From Eledone cirrhosa (lineage: Eukaryota): DNA of 64,000 nt. Positions 28,182-41,399 of this stretch are shown piece after piece. Location: assembly GCA_964016885.1 (NCBI GenBank), contig OZ024744.1, forward strand, positions 61,566,001 through 61,630,000. Direction: 5' to 3'. Below the pieces are notes generated by a model. That model was not told the DNA's origin, did not search any database, and saw nothing but the letters and a program-made list of their open reading frames with translations. Each line of letters opens with the position of its first letter. The first letter of the stretch is position 1. Position numbers and translations under genes: made by a program.

Positions 28182-28802
28182 TGTAAAGATATATATATAT
28201 GTCTAAATTAGATTGCATCATGTTCAAAAACCTTAGTACGTATTGAGTGAAAAGGAAGAAAAACATTTAAAAACAACCTACTCAAACAAGAAAATAAAAC
28301 AAACATTATTTCTCGTTAATAGGTTAATTAAAGAACTATTTTCGTACTAAAGAGGCCGACGAATACATTTTATATTATTAAATTACAATTTGTTGTTACT
28401 TGCAGCAATTATAAAATGTTGATAATAATTGTGCTATTTTTTAAATAAAAAATAAGTACGCAGAAAATGTATTCTAAAGCACCAAACTATGTGGATATTT
28501 CTCTATAATCGTAATAAGAAATTTCAAATAAGGATAAGAACACTATAGAGGATAGCTAGACTAAATTCACTACATTCGACGACGAATAATCATTTCGGCG
28601 AAACTTTGATGAAAGTGTATATCTGAGAAACTAAAGAACCAAACGTAATTAAAAGTGAAAAATAGTAATTATATTACCAGTATATTAAAATCTGTCAAAA
28701 ACAGTGGTTTAAATTTACTACAGTATTTCGGTTACACACAGAATTTGACGGAACGAAGAATGTATGTATATGTGTGTGTTTAAATATATATATGTATACA
28801 CA

Positions 28803-28875
<73 letters not shown>

Positions 28876-29029
28876 ATATAAATAAATGAGTGTTTACACT
28901 TGACACTTTCAACAGCAAAGGCTTCTAATTAAAAATCTACCTGAAGGTTTGCCTTATCTTCAAATAAACGCTGTTCTAGTATAAATAGTTATATACACAT
29001 ACACATATAAACATACATAAATATAAACA

Positions 29030-29163
29030 AATATACATATATATATTCACATATATACATATATATATATATATTCACGTATATACATATATATATATAT
29101 ATATTCACGTATATACATATATATATATATTCACGTATATACATATATATATATATATATGTT

Positions 29164-29199
<36 letters not shown>

Positions 29200-30770
29200 T
29201 GTATATACATATATATATATGTATATACATATATATATATGTATATACATATATATATACATATATATATATGTCTATAAATATATATATACATATATAT
29301 ATATGTATATACATATATATATACATATATATATATGTCTATAAATATATATATACATATATATATATGTCTATAAATATATATATACATATATATATAT
29401 ATGTATATACATATATATATATATATGTATATACATATATATATATATATGTATATACATATATATATATATATGTATATACATATATATATATATATGT
29501 ATATACATATATATATATATGTATATACATATATATATATATATGTATATACATATATATATATATATGTATATACATATATATATATATATGTATATAC
29601 ATATATATATATATATGTATATACATATATATATATATGTATATACATATATATTCACATACATACATATATATTCACATATAAACATATATATATATAT
29701 ATATTCACATATAAACACATATATATATATTCACATATAAACATATATATATATATTCACATATAAACATATATATATATTCACATATAAACACATATAT
29801 ATATATTCACATATAAACACATATATATATATTCACATATAAACACATATATATTCACATATAAACACATATATATATTCACATATACACATATATATAT
29901 TCACATATACACATATATATATATATTCACATATACACATATATATTCACATATACACATATATATATATTCACATATACACATATATATATATATTCAC
30001 ATATATATATATATTCACATATACACATATATATATATATTCACATATACATATATATTCACATATACACATATATATATATATTCACATATACATATAT
30101 ATTCACATATACACATATATATATATATTCACATATACACATATATATATATATATTCACATATACACATATATATATATATATTCACATATACACATAT
30201 ATATATATATTCACATATACACATATATATATATATTCACATATACACATATATATATATATTCACATATACACATATATATATATATTCACATATACAC
30301 ATATATATATATATTCACATATACACATATATATATATATTCACATATACACATATATATATATATTCACATATACACATATATATATATATTCACATAT
30401 ACACATATATATATATATTCACATATACACATATATATATATATTCACATATACACATAAATATATATATTCACATATACACATATATATATATATTCAC
30501 ATATACACATATATATATATATATTCACATATACACATATATATATATATTCACATATAAACATATATATATATATTCACATATAAACATATATATATAT
30601 ATTCACATATAAACATATATATATATATTCACATATAAACATATATATATATACATATATAAATACAAACATATATATACATATATAAATACACACACAC
30701 ACACACCTATATACATATATAAATGCACACACACACCTATATACATATATAAATGCACACACACACACTT
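29030..30770. repeat. Compound AT-rich minisatellite array in Fos intron 2
   Basis: Units of about (AT)nGTATATAC up to ~29650, then (AT)nTCACATATACAC up to ~30640. Confidence 0.95.
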
Positions 30771-30991
30771 CATAAGGGTGAAATAATTAATGTAGTTTTA
30801 CAACCAGAATAGTAGTGTATCGTATCAACCAACAATGAACTCGAGGTATCGATTATTTTTCGTATTAAGTAAATATAGTTTTTAAAAATATCAACTTGAA
30901 TATTAAGTATTTATATATAGTTAGTTAACAGGAGGTAATAATTTTTCAAACAAATTTTATCGGCAGAATTTAAATTTTAAGTAATACTCAC

Positions 30992-31366
30992 TTTTTTATC
31001 TTGTCTCGAGGAAGAACTGTAGGTAGGAGATCCCTTGGAAGATGCACTACTACCAGTAGACGAGCGTGGTCTTTTAGGCTGTTCCCATTCGGGATCATCG
31101 GAGTCATATTGGTAACGATCCATGGACGCACCAGAATTTGCGGTACCAGCGGAGTTAGATGAAATGTGGTCATTTGAACTAACTCCAACAGGGTCTACAA
31201 TCGGTGGTACAAACCCACTTTGTGTGAGTGGATCTTGACTTGCTGAGCTAACTGGAACCGATTGAAGTTCGATGAAGGCTTGTTCCAAGTTCACTAAAGT
31301 TGTTGGTGTTAACGTTGGTGTCGTTGCCGTTGTAACTCCGCAAACAAATCCAGGTAGTGAATATTG
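30992..31366 (-). CDS. Fos: Fos-family bZIP factor, coding exon 2
   Basis: Acceptor ttacag|CAA at 31366; donor AAA|gtgagt at 30992/30991. Contains the protostome Fos motifs TTPTLTPTTLVNLEQ and QSGFVPPIV. Confidence 0.92.
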
Positions 31367-31458
31367 CTGTAAATCAGATGAAGCACCAAGTTAAAACATG
31401 ATATATATTTTTCAGCAGTTAACGTTAGTTTTATACATCCTAATCATATATCTGTGGG

Positions 31459-31516
<58 letters not shown>

Positions 31517-32749
31517 ACATACAAACCTGTGGGATATATATGTTACCCACATACAACATGTGTGTATGTCTCTCTTTATATACACATTTTCTGGCCAGTA
31601 CCACCGGTGATGGTGTTATTTCATTATTTATCACACAAAAGAACTATATTACGTATAAAATATTTCAAACAAGATTGTGCAGTTTAATTATTTTAAGGTA
31701 GATTTTAATTACTGACAAAACCTTCCGTTACTTTATACACATACATTTTCAATTGAATGGAATTCAGTGTTATCATTTTATATATACGGTAACTTTTCTT
31801 GGTGGTATTTTCGATTGAGTAATAATATTTACCACTTGTGTCACCGATAGATTTATTTAAATTGGATAGGACAGGATTCGATTATAAAAAAATTATGAAA
31901 TTAAATGAGAGCTTTAGCTCGCCAACTTTTAGTAAACAACAAAAATCATCCCCTTATTGGAAAAAATTTATGCCTGTTTTTCTTTTGTTTTTTGGGGGTC
32001 TGGTTTTAATTAAATATTTACTTCGATTAAATTCTTGCAACTAAGTAAATAACTCAAGTTTTAAAACTAACCTCATAAGGAGAATGTGTTTGATGCATGG
32101 ATCCTCGCGGCCGATTATAACGGCACGATTCGTTGTACGGATTCATGTAGTTTTGGTCGACGTAGTACATTTAAATTATTTGGTATAAAGACAAATAAAT
32201 TCTTAGAAACTATCCCGCAAAAGCGAAAGTTGTAGTAAAGGTGCTGGGAGAAATGAAGTAAAACTATTTAAGTTCGGCAAGAAAAAAAAAGCTAAGAAGC
32301 TAAAAAACAAAAAAAAATTGTTTTAACTAAAACGTTAAAAACAAAAAAGAATTTAGCAAAGTAATTGCAGATAAAAAAAGATAGCAGCTAAAGTAATGCA
32401 ACCAATCGGTATGAAATGTTTGGGAATAGTAGGCTGAAAAAGTAGTGTGTAAAGTATATAAACACTAAATACATGTGCAGGTAGGTGTACAAGATTTTGA
32501 CTGAGGGGAGTCCTAGGAGGTGTGACGACGACTAACTGGAGGCTAAGTTGTCCATGATCTGTATGTGTAGGGTCTGTTCATAGTATTTAAACCATCCGGG
32601 GTACTGTGAAAGGCATGCCTCTGCAGAGAGAGGCACCACAACAAACGAGGTCAGCTGGTACGCTGTGCTAGCAGAGTGACTAATAGCTTGAAGAGTGACA
32701 AACCAGTTAATACAGAGGTGGATAGAACAGAACAGAACGTAGTACTCAC

Positions 32750-32923
32750 ATTCTGGGAAACAGCAGGGTCTCCGTTTGCCATAGATGACAGGATGTCAGC
32801 CACATATTTAGAGTCCTGGTGATGACTGTTGGTGTAATTGGTAATGTTGGTCGTTGTAACGCTAGTAGACACACTAGGTGTATTGCTACTACTACCGGCT
32901 TCTTTTTCTCTCGAGTTGTACAT
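32750..32923 (-). CDS. Fos: Fos-family bZIP factor, coding exon 1
   Basis: ACCATG start context; 58 codons (…YVADILSSMANGD…); donor AAT|gtgagt, phase 0, in frame with exon 2. Confidence 0.85.
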
Positions 32924-33408
32924 GGTAGTATATTATATGTCAGCGAATTGAATCAATACAAAAAGAATTGAAGTAAATTTTACTTTCAAACAAACCGGGA
33001 ATGGGAAAAGAAAAAAATATTTGTTTTGTTTAGGATGGATTTTTCAAATAATTCTTTAAAAAGTAAAGTATTGCTTTTCGAATCGTCTTTCTACTAAGTC
33101 TATTGTCTTCGATTTCTCTCATTAATGATCTGTGCAATGTCCAGTGCAGAGGTATCAACCGTGTATTGTGTGATATTATCGTTCATGCGTTTATATACAT
33201 ATTGGTTCTTTTAAAGATCGAAGATCGAATTTTGAATATTTTAATAGTTTTTTTCTCTTTCTCTCTTTCTCTTTTAATATATTCTTTGAAAGTGTGTGTA
33301 TGTATGTGTGTGTGTATGTGTTTCTAAAAAAAAATCGTTTTTTTTTTTTTCAAACACCAAAAACAGTTGAGTGATCAGAAAGGTGGTAGTAATATTTCGG
33401 TAGGTCTG

Positions 33409-33690
33409 TGAGTCAAGCTTTTTACACTTCCGCCGCTAAGTTGTTATTACCCTCCCTCTCTCTAGCACACACACACCTTCTCTCCCTCTATCGCTTTTAG
33501 AGACCTCCGCCGCAGTTCTATGACTCAGTCTGTGAAAATTGTGAAGGGGAAATACCTCAACACGCTTATATACTCTCTGACTCACCAAACAAGCCAATGA
33601 GTAATTTTCTAAATATAGAGCAATTACCTCATCGCTATTGTTGGCCGTCCCTATATGGTCACAAGGCAGTGCGTCGTTAGTGACGTAGCA
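33409..33690 (-). promoter_or_regulatory. Fos core and proximal promoter
   Basis: TATATAAG at 33572-33565 with an Inr-like TCA near 33542; AP-1 at 33409-15, 33521-27 and 33578-84; MEF2 CTAAATATAG 33609-18; CArG-like CCATATAGGG 33658-49; CRE TGACGTAG 33681-88; ETS CGGAAGT 33432-26. Confidence 0.75.
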
Positions 33691-35039
33691 CTCATGCATA
33701 TGGTAATGAGGGGAAACTAAAACTCGCCCTCTTTGTCTCTTCACCAAAGTTGTAGCCTACTTTTTTTTCCCACAATTTCATGGTAGTTCTATGAAGTTTT
33801 AATAGTTCGGTTTATAAATTAATTTCTTTAACTGGTTGAAAGGCGTAACCAGTAAATAAGTGTCGATAAGTTTGTAATAAATAAATAAATTAATAAAACA
33901 GTGTATATTTATATATATATTATATATATTATCTCTATGATGACGTAAGTATTATATATATATATATATATACATTTGTATATTCTTAGCCTTAAAATTA
34001 CATCAAAATATATTTATAGATTTATTTTACTCTCCAAAGTGTTTTTTTTCTTTTCAAAGGCAAAAGTAACATTTCTTTTGTAAACTATTTAATATATATG
34101 TATGTGTCTATGAGTATGTTTGGATATATTTATCATCATCATCATCATCATCGTTTTACGTCCGTTCTTCCACGCTAGCATGGGTTAGACGGGTTGTCCT
34201 GTTGTGGGCAGTCTCTGGTCGGCTGACCATGCCTTGCTCATACAGGAACTGATTTGGCTTGATTTCTACAGCTGGATGCCCTTCCTAACACCAACCTCAT
34301 TTACAGTGTGGGCTGGGTGCTTTTTTGCCGTGGCACCTCCACGCCCACCTTGCGGTGTGGAGAGGGGGGGGGCATATTGTCTATATGCTTCAGCTTGTAC
34401 CCATGTATGTATATGTATATATTCATGTATGTATGTATATATTCATATTTATATAAATATATAGATATAGATATAGATATACTAGCCGAATTACCCGCGC
34501 CTTGCTGCGTTTCACATTTTTTTTGTAAGAAAATGATGATTGATTTTAAATCAGTGATATAATTTATGGAGAAAAACTCGGCATTTCAATATTACTCAAT
34601 GTAAAATGTAATGCACGAAAAATTGGAAATCATTATTTTTTTGTAATATATCAAATCCAAATTACATTATTAAATCTTATTCTTATTTTGTAAATAATTT
34701 TTTTCAAAATATCAATTCAAAACGTTTGTGAATAGGCTTCATATCTTGTCATTTACCTATGGTTTAAATTTCATATAAATCGAAGGGAAAAAAAAAATAT
34801 ATATATATATATACACACACATATATACATATATATATATATACACACATATACATATATATATACACATTTATATGATTAATACATATGTATATATATA
34901 TATTAATATATATAATATATTTATATGATATATATGTTTATATATATATACACACACACACACATATACATATATACATATATATATATTACATACATAT
35001 ATATATAAACATATATATGTATATCGCCAGGTGGTGTTA

Positions 35040-35225
35040 TTATTGGCAGTATCGGTAGAGGGTCGGACGCGATGCTTTGACGCATAGAGTTACGGCCCTT
35101 GCCATTCTGAGTTCAAATCCCGCCGAGGTTAACTTTGCCTTTCAACTTTACAGGGGTCGATAAAATAAATTACCAGTAATACACTGGGTATTACTGGCCT
35201 TGTGCCTAAAGTAGAAACAGTTATT
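35040..35225 (+). mobile_element. tRNA-derived SINE with a Deu/Nin-like domain
   Basis: B box GAGTTCAAATCC and body TTGCCTTTCA...GGGGTCGATAAAATAA.TACCAG. Copies at ~45080-45205, 47293-47485, 47505-47678, 49322-49515, 56752-56972, 61551-61735 and 61783-61905. Confidence 0.8.
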
Positions 35226-35298
35226 AAGTTAGACATGGCCTGAGCCAGTACTGGGCGAAACCTATCAAAGTTATCAAAGTTATATGTATATATATATC

Positions 35299-36966
35299 GG
35301 ACATAACGTTTGGGGCCCCTGATGTTTTAGCAGCAATAAACAAAATTAAACACAATTCAGCAGTAGGCCCCAATAGGTTCCCTGCTTGTGTCCTGAAGGT
35401 GTGTCGACACCAACTTGCATCTCCTCTTGCTAATCTGTGGAGGAGCTCACTGGATACTGGCTATATTCCTGAAAACTTTCTGTCCCAGTCCATTATCCCA
35501 GTTTTCAAAAAGGGAAACAAGTCCCTTGCAGTGAACTACCGTCCAATCTCACTCACCTCTCATATCATCAAGATATTTGAGAGGGTGGTGAGATCACAAA
35601 TAACCCACTTTCTCAAAAGCAACGGACTGCTGAACTCCAACCAACATGGGTTCCGTAATGGAAGGGACTGCCTAACACAGCTCCTGCATCACTTTGATGA
35701 TGTTTTGACAGCTTTGGGAGAGGGCTCCAACACTGATGTCATCTACCTTGATTTCAGCAAGGCCTTTGACAGGGTTGATCATAAAATTCTATTGAAAAAA
35801 ACTATGCAATATTGGTGTCTCTGGAAAGTTACTACAGTGGATCAAATGTTTCCTGACAGACAGAACCCAACATGTTGTAGTCGAAGGAGTAAAATCAAAG
35901 TCAGCAGTGGGGTCCCACAAGGCACTGTGTTGGGCCCACTTCTTTTCATCATCTACATTAATGACATTACTGACATCATCAAGCACAGCAACATAAGAAT
36001 CTTCGCAGATGATTCCAAGCTCCAAAGGGTTATCAATGAGGTGGGTGACCGGACTTGCCTTCAGTCTACCTACTGGCTGTTATCCAATGGGCAGAAAAGA
36101 ACAATATGCTGCTGAATGAGGATAAGTTGGAGTTAATCCACTTTGGAAAAAAGGATGCCCTGAAACTCCCATACTCTCTTCATTCAGGTGAAACTCTAGT
36201 GGCATCCAACAACATCAGAGACTTGGGAGTAATTGTGGACAACAACATAAGCTGGGCCACTCATATAAACAGCAAAGTTGATATGGCCCACAGAATGTGT
36301 TCCTGGATTCTCAGAACTTTCCAGTCGAGAGATATCCACACTGTTGTCCTTCTCTTCTCCACTTTTGCCCGACCCCACCTTGAATACTGTTGTCCTCTGT
36401 GGTCACCCCACACAAAACAAAGTATCATGAAAGTTGAAGCACCCCAAATGTCAATTACAAAAAAGATAGTTGGCATGACAGGCCTCGACTATTGGGGTCG
36501 ATTAGAAAAGCTCAAACTTTATTCTCTCCAACGTCGCCGTGAGCGCTACATTATCTGTATGATGTGGAAAATATTCCATCAGCATTGCCCAAATGATGTT
36601 GACATCTAAAGTACACCTAAAGTTTGGGCCCCGTGCTATCCGCCCACGTCAAACATCTCATTCGCATCACATAACAACAATACGGCTCAATTATTTCACC
36701 ACAATTGGCCTCGCTCTCTTTAACATTAAAACAGATTAAAACAGAAACAGACCCCATAAAGTTCAAGAAGTCTTTGGAGAAATTCCTTCAAGAAATCCCT
36801 GATAAACCTCCTACACCCAGATATGCCTCCGTAAACAATAACTCTCTACTTGAGTGGGCCATGGTGCCCAAATCCTGATTTGAAAGACTTCGCCAGGAGG
36901 TGCTATTAAGTTAGACATGGCCTGGGCCAATACTGGTCAAAACCTATCAAAGTTATCAAAGTTATA
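35299..36966 (+). mobile_element. 5'-truncated CR1-clade LINE (reverse transcriptase pseudogene)
   Basis: NYRPISLTS, QHGFR, YLDFSKAFD, SGVPQGTVLGP, FADD and RPHLEYC motifs; frameshifts near 35800 and 36060; 3' tail (ATCAAAGTT)2. Confidence 0.92.
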
Positions 36967-37354
36967 TATCATCATCATCATCATTTTACGTCGCTTTTCC
37001 CTGCTTGCAAAGGTGGGACGGGAACTGATTCTGGCTTGATTTCTACAGCTGGATGCCCTTCCTAACACCAACCTCATTTACAGTGAGTGCTGGGTGCTTT
37101 TTTTCTGTGGCGCCTCCATGACCACTTTACAGTGTCGGCTGGGTGCTTTTTTGCCGAGGCACCTCCACGACCACTTTGCAGTGGAATGATAGGGAACCCA
37201 GTCCCTATCATCTCATTTCTACAGCTGAGTAAACTGGAGCAATGTGAAATAAAGTGTCTTGCTCAAGGAAACAACACATCACCTGGTCTGAGAATTGAAC
37301 TCACAACCTTTCGATTGCAAGGTCAATGCTCTAACCACTAAGCCATGTGCCTCC
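36967..37354 (-). mobile_element. Full-length CORE-like SINE (same family as 21227)
   Basis: Reverse complement of the 21227 and 38296 elements. Confidence 0.85.
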
Positions 37355-37782
37355 ATATATATATATATATATAAATCCAGTCACAACAGCATTTTCTGGT
37401 GTACACGGGGTGCATCTGGGAGCAATGACTAACATCTCAGAGGTTAAGATCACAAAAGCAGTTAAAGAACTCAAATGTGACATGGCCACTGGGGAGAGTG
37501 AAATTCAACTCATGATGTTAAAAGGAATAACATGCCAGGTTGCAAGTGGTTAGTGTAGGATCAGTTAAAAAATTTACTGAGGTATTACTTAACTCATCAG
37601 ATGTATTTGATAGGTTTACTGCTGAGTGCTGTACAGCATGAATAAAAATCAGTGCTGTGAAGACTGAGACAGTCGTCCTCTCAAGGAAGCATGCACGGTG
37701 CACTCTACATGTGAATGGAGTTCCACTGAAGCAGGTAGAGCAGTTCAAATATCCCAGGGCGGTGTTTACAAGTGATAGAATG

Positions 37783-38095
37783 CACGTTGCATAAGAACCA
37801 GGTGACCTCATCAGCTGTAAATTGCATAATAGATGTATACCAACGGAATGATGGTAAACTTTAAGGAAACAAGCAAAGAAAAAAAAAAGGAAAAAAGTAT
37901 GTGCTATGTTATTGACTCAGAGACGGGCGTAGTAGCATGTTGCCACATTGCTCCCCCCGCCTCTAAGTTGTTTCCTTAAAGTTTACCATCATTCCATTGG
38001 TATACATCTATTACGCAATTTACACATGATGAGGTCACCTAGTTCTTATGCAACGTGGTCACTGAAATGTGCATAGTATTTTGCAGAAATAAAAC
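37783..38095. mobile_element. Short Penelope-type module: 90-bp inverted repeat with a degenerate hammerhead
   Basis: 37783-37872 is inverted relative to 37968-38057. ATGATGA-GGTCAC...GTCACT-GAAA-TGTGCA-TA at 38026-38075; the inverted copy keeps CTGATGA. Confidence 0.65.
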
Positions 38096-38295
38096 ATATG
38101 GGTGACTAGTTCAACTCCTACTTACCCAGATGCTTTCAGCATCTCAGTGATTATCTCAGAAGGTCCAGTGCCTTTACTCTTTTTCATTTTTTTTATTGCT
38201 TCTTTGACTCTATATTTGTCAATTTCTATAGCCAGTCTCTCTGTTGGTTCAGTTTGAAGTAGTTTCCTTTCCTCCCATTCATTATCTATATTCAT

Positions 38296-38648
38296 GGAGG
38301 CACATGTCTTAGTGGTTAGAGCATTGGCCTTGCAATCGAAAGGTTGTGAGTTCAATTCTCAGACCGGGTGATGTGTTGTTTCCTTGAGCAAGACACTTTA
38401 TTTCACATTGCTCCAGTTTACTCAGCTGTAGAAATGAGATGATAGGGACTGGGGTCCCTATCATTCCACTGCAAAGTGGTCGTGGAGGTGCCACGGCAAA
38501 AAAAGCACCCAGCACTCACTGTAAATGAGGTTGGTGTTAGGAAGGGCATCCAGCTGTAGAAATCAAGCCAGAATCAGTTCCCGTCCCACCCTTGCAAGCA
38601 GGGAAAAGCAGACGTAAAATGAAATGATGATGATGATGATGATGATGA
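38296..38648 (+). mobile_element. Full-length CORE-like SINE inserted in a minus-strand RTE fragment (~38100-39260)
   Basis: Same family as 21227, with (TGA)n tail. The flanks translate to VKEAIKKMKKSKGTGPSEIITEMLKA and WWWN, typical of the RTE EN-RT linker. Confidence 0.85.
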
Positions 38649-40067
38649 TTAACCTCTCATAGTAGCATTTCCAGGCCTCTTTCTTTTTGAGCATCAGTGG
38701 TGCTAAGTCACTAGAGTCATTTCAAACACATTTTTACCCAACAATATTCTGATTCACTCTGATACACTGCCTTGCAATGTGAATCACCTCACATCTCTGA
38801 TCTTCATGTTACAAGACAAACCTTCTTTCAGTCTCTTTTTGATGCTATGTATACCTGTCACCTAACCTCTCTTTTAGCTATTTGGTACTCTTCTCTGCTA
38901 CCCCCATTTTTTCAGTCTTTCTACACCTGCCTCTTGGCTTTAGTGGCGCTATCTACTGTGCAATTCCACCACCAGATCACCCTCAGTCTAGCTGGTACTT
39001 TGCTTGAGCCAGTCTTTACAGTTGTCTGTAGTAGGTTATCACAAAGGAACTTCCAATTGTCCTCTATGTCATAGGTATCTAACTTGTCTCCCCTCTCATC
39101 ATATGCATCATGTAAAGCTTTCCTGAAACTATACTTAATAGAAAGGTCCTTTAGCTGCAATACTCCATCTCAAGATTTTTCTGTGCTTCTTGTTCCATCT
39201 TGTACTTATTCTGATTTCACTAATAACTTATATATTGGGTGGTGCATTCTTAGCTAGGGGCACAAAATGAGATGAAACAAACATGTAGGGAACACAATGT
39301 TCTGCACCAATCTTCACCCCTCCCTATTCTTAATACTCCGCTCTCACCAGCTAAATATCCCACACACTACATCAATGTCAAACTTGCTTATTTTTCCCCT
39401 CCCCCTTGATATGCCTTGCCTGTCCAACCCACACATATAAACATAAAAGCTGGTCACGATCTACATCTGATCTCTCACAATGCTGTTATCAGGACAAAAA
39501 CACTAACTATACTCTGTATACTGCTGATCCTGTCTCACAACAACAAAAAACACCCAGTCCATCATGTAAGGTGGTCATGCTGGTGACATGACAAAAAGCA
39601 CCCAGCTCACGCTGTAACGTGGTTGGCATTAGGGTATTCAGCTGTAGAAACCCAATCAAAATACAGATCTCTATGAGCAAGACATTGTCACCTAACCTGA
39701 CTTGTCTTATAATGTGACAACCCGTCAAACCCATCCAAGCATGGAAAATGGATATTAAATGATGATATGTATAAACTGGGTATGGTCTCCTGTCTGGCTT
39801 GCTCTCAGAACATAACAGCCTATCTGCTCAGGAGTGTGTGGGAAATAAATATCTAATCGATCATAAGGATGTATTCCACCATCTACCACACCCTGGTACA
39901 CAGCCCATGTCCAAACCATGCATAATGCATGGAAAGCTGGAGTTGCTGACATGACTAATTTCATAACATGACAACCTATCTAATCCATGCAGGCATGGAA
40001 AATAAATGTTAAACATAGTGATGATGTTGATAATGATGATGATGATGATGATAATGATGATATATAT

Positions 40068-40810
40068 GGGTACACAAGAGTTGTAGTGGGATCTCAGGAA
40101 GCTTAACTAAGAATGTAGGCTTCATATGTAGCAGCTGTGCTGGGACAGCAAGCGGCAAACGGCCACAGGAAACAAGTACCACCAAACTCTGGGAGGGCTC
40201 TGTAGAAACAGTAGACAGCTTTTGCTACCTAGGTGACTGAATTAGCAGTGGAGGTGGGTGTTCGGAAAGTACAATAACTAGGGAAAGAACGGGATGGAAG
40301 AAGTTCAGGGAGCTACTGCCACTGCTAGCTGCAAAAGGCTTTTCCCTCAAAATGAAAGGCAGACTGTATGATGCGTGTATATGAACAGCAATGTTACATG
40401 GTAGTGAAACCTGGGCGCTGTCTGTAGAAGACTTGCGCAGATTAGAAAGAAATGAAGCTTGCATGTCCCGATGGATGTGTAATAGTAATATACGCGAACG
40501 GCAAAGCATAAATGAATTGAGAGAGAGACTGAGTATAAGAGGAATCAAATGCTGTGTGCAGCAGAGGAGGTTACGCTGGTATGGATATGTGATGCGTATG
40601 AAGGATGACAGCTGCTTAAAAAGGTGCAGAGCACTAGAAGTCGATGGATGCCGTGGAGTGGGGAGACCCAAGAAGACCTGGGATGAGGTGATAAAAGCCA
40701 ACCTTACCCAATTGTACTTCTCAAGGATAATGACACACGACCGTGACCTCTGGCGTTACGCAGTAATACAGAAGACCCAACTTCCCACAGGAACAAGCCA
40801 AAGCTGAAGC
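40068..40810 (+). mobile_element. RTE-clade LINE 3' fragment
   Basis: FCYLG, GWKKFRELLPLL, LHGSETW, RRLRWYG and GRPKKTW motifs. Confidence 0.9.
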
Positions 40811-41267
40811 ATATAGACAATATGCCCCCATCCCCTCCCACTGCAAAGTGGTCGTGGAGGTGCCACGGAAAAAAAGCACCCAGCACTCACTGTAAATGAG
40901 GTTGGTGTTAGGAAGAGCATCCAGCTGTAGAAATCAAGCCAGAATCAGTTCCTGTATGAGCAAGACAGGGTCAGCCGACTGGACACTGCCCACAACAGGA
41001 CAACCCGTCTAACCCATGCTAGCGTGGAAGAATGGACGTAAAAAGGTGATGGTGATGATGATATATATATATATCATCATCATCATTGCCAAAATCATCA
41101 CTAATTATATAAAGCTTGATCAGAAAATTTCATTGGCTTTTGTGCCGCTGCCATTACATTGATCTATCAGTTGCTAATGTATTACTGTGTTGACCGTCAC
41201 ATTCATTGTCATAGCCGACATGGACTGAAATCGAATTCTGTCGATTGATTGGTTATTGATTACATGA

Positions 41268-41388
41268 AATCCACTGATGAAACCATATGCGTCGATTGTG
41301 CATTTTTGCATAATAAATGCAGACAGTGGATGCTGTGTACTCTATTGCTGCATTAAGTGTGGCCGAAACTCGAAAATGGGTATGGATT
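41268..41388 (+). ncRNA. Type I hammerhead-like motif with long, degenerate helix II
   Basis: AATCCA-CTGATGA-...-GAAA-CTCG-AAAA-TGGG-TA-TGGATT. Helices I and III pair; the base of helix II has two A.C mismatches. Confidence 0.6.
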
Positions 41389-41399
41389 GAAGGTAGCCA

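Noticed and set aside
32651-32749. Read-through extension of the exon 1 ORF to 90 aa
   Set aside because: A strong GTGAGT donor at 32749 joins in frame to exon 2, so the extension is intronic.
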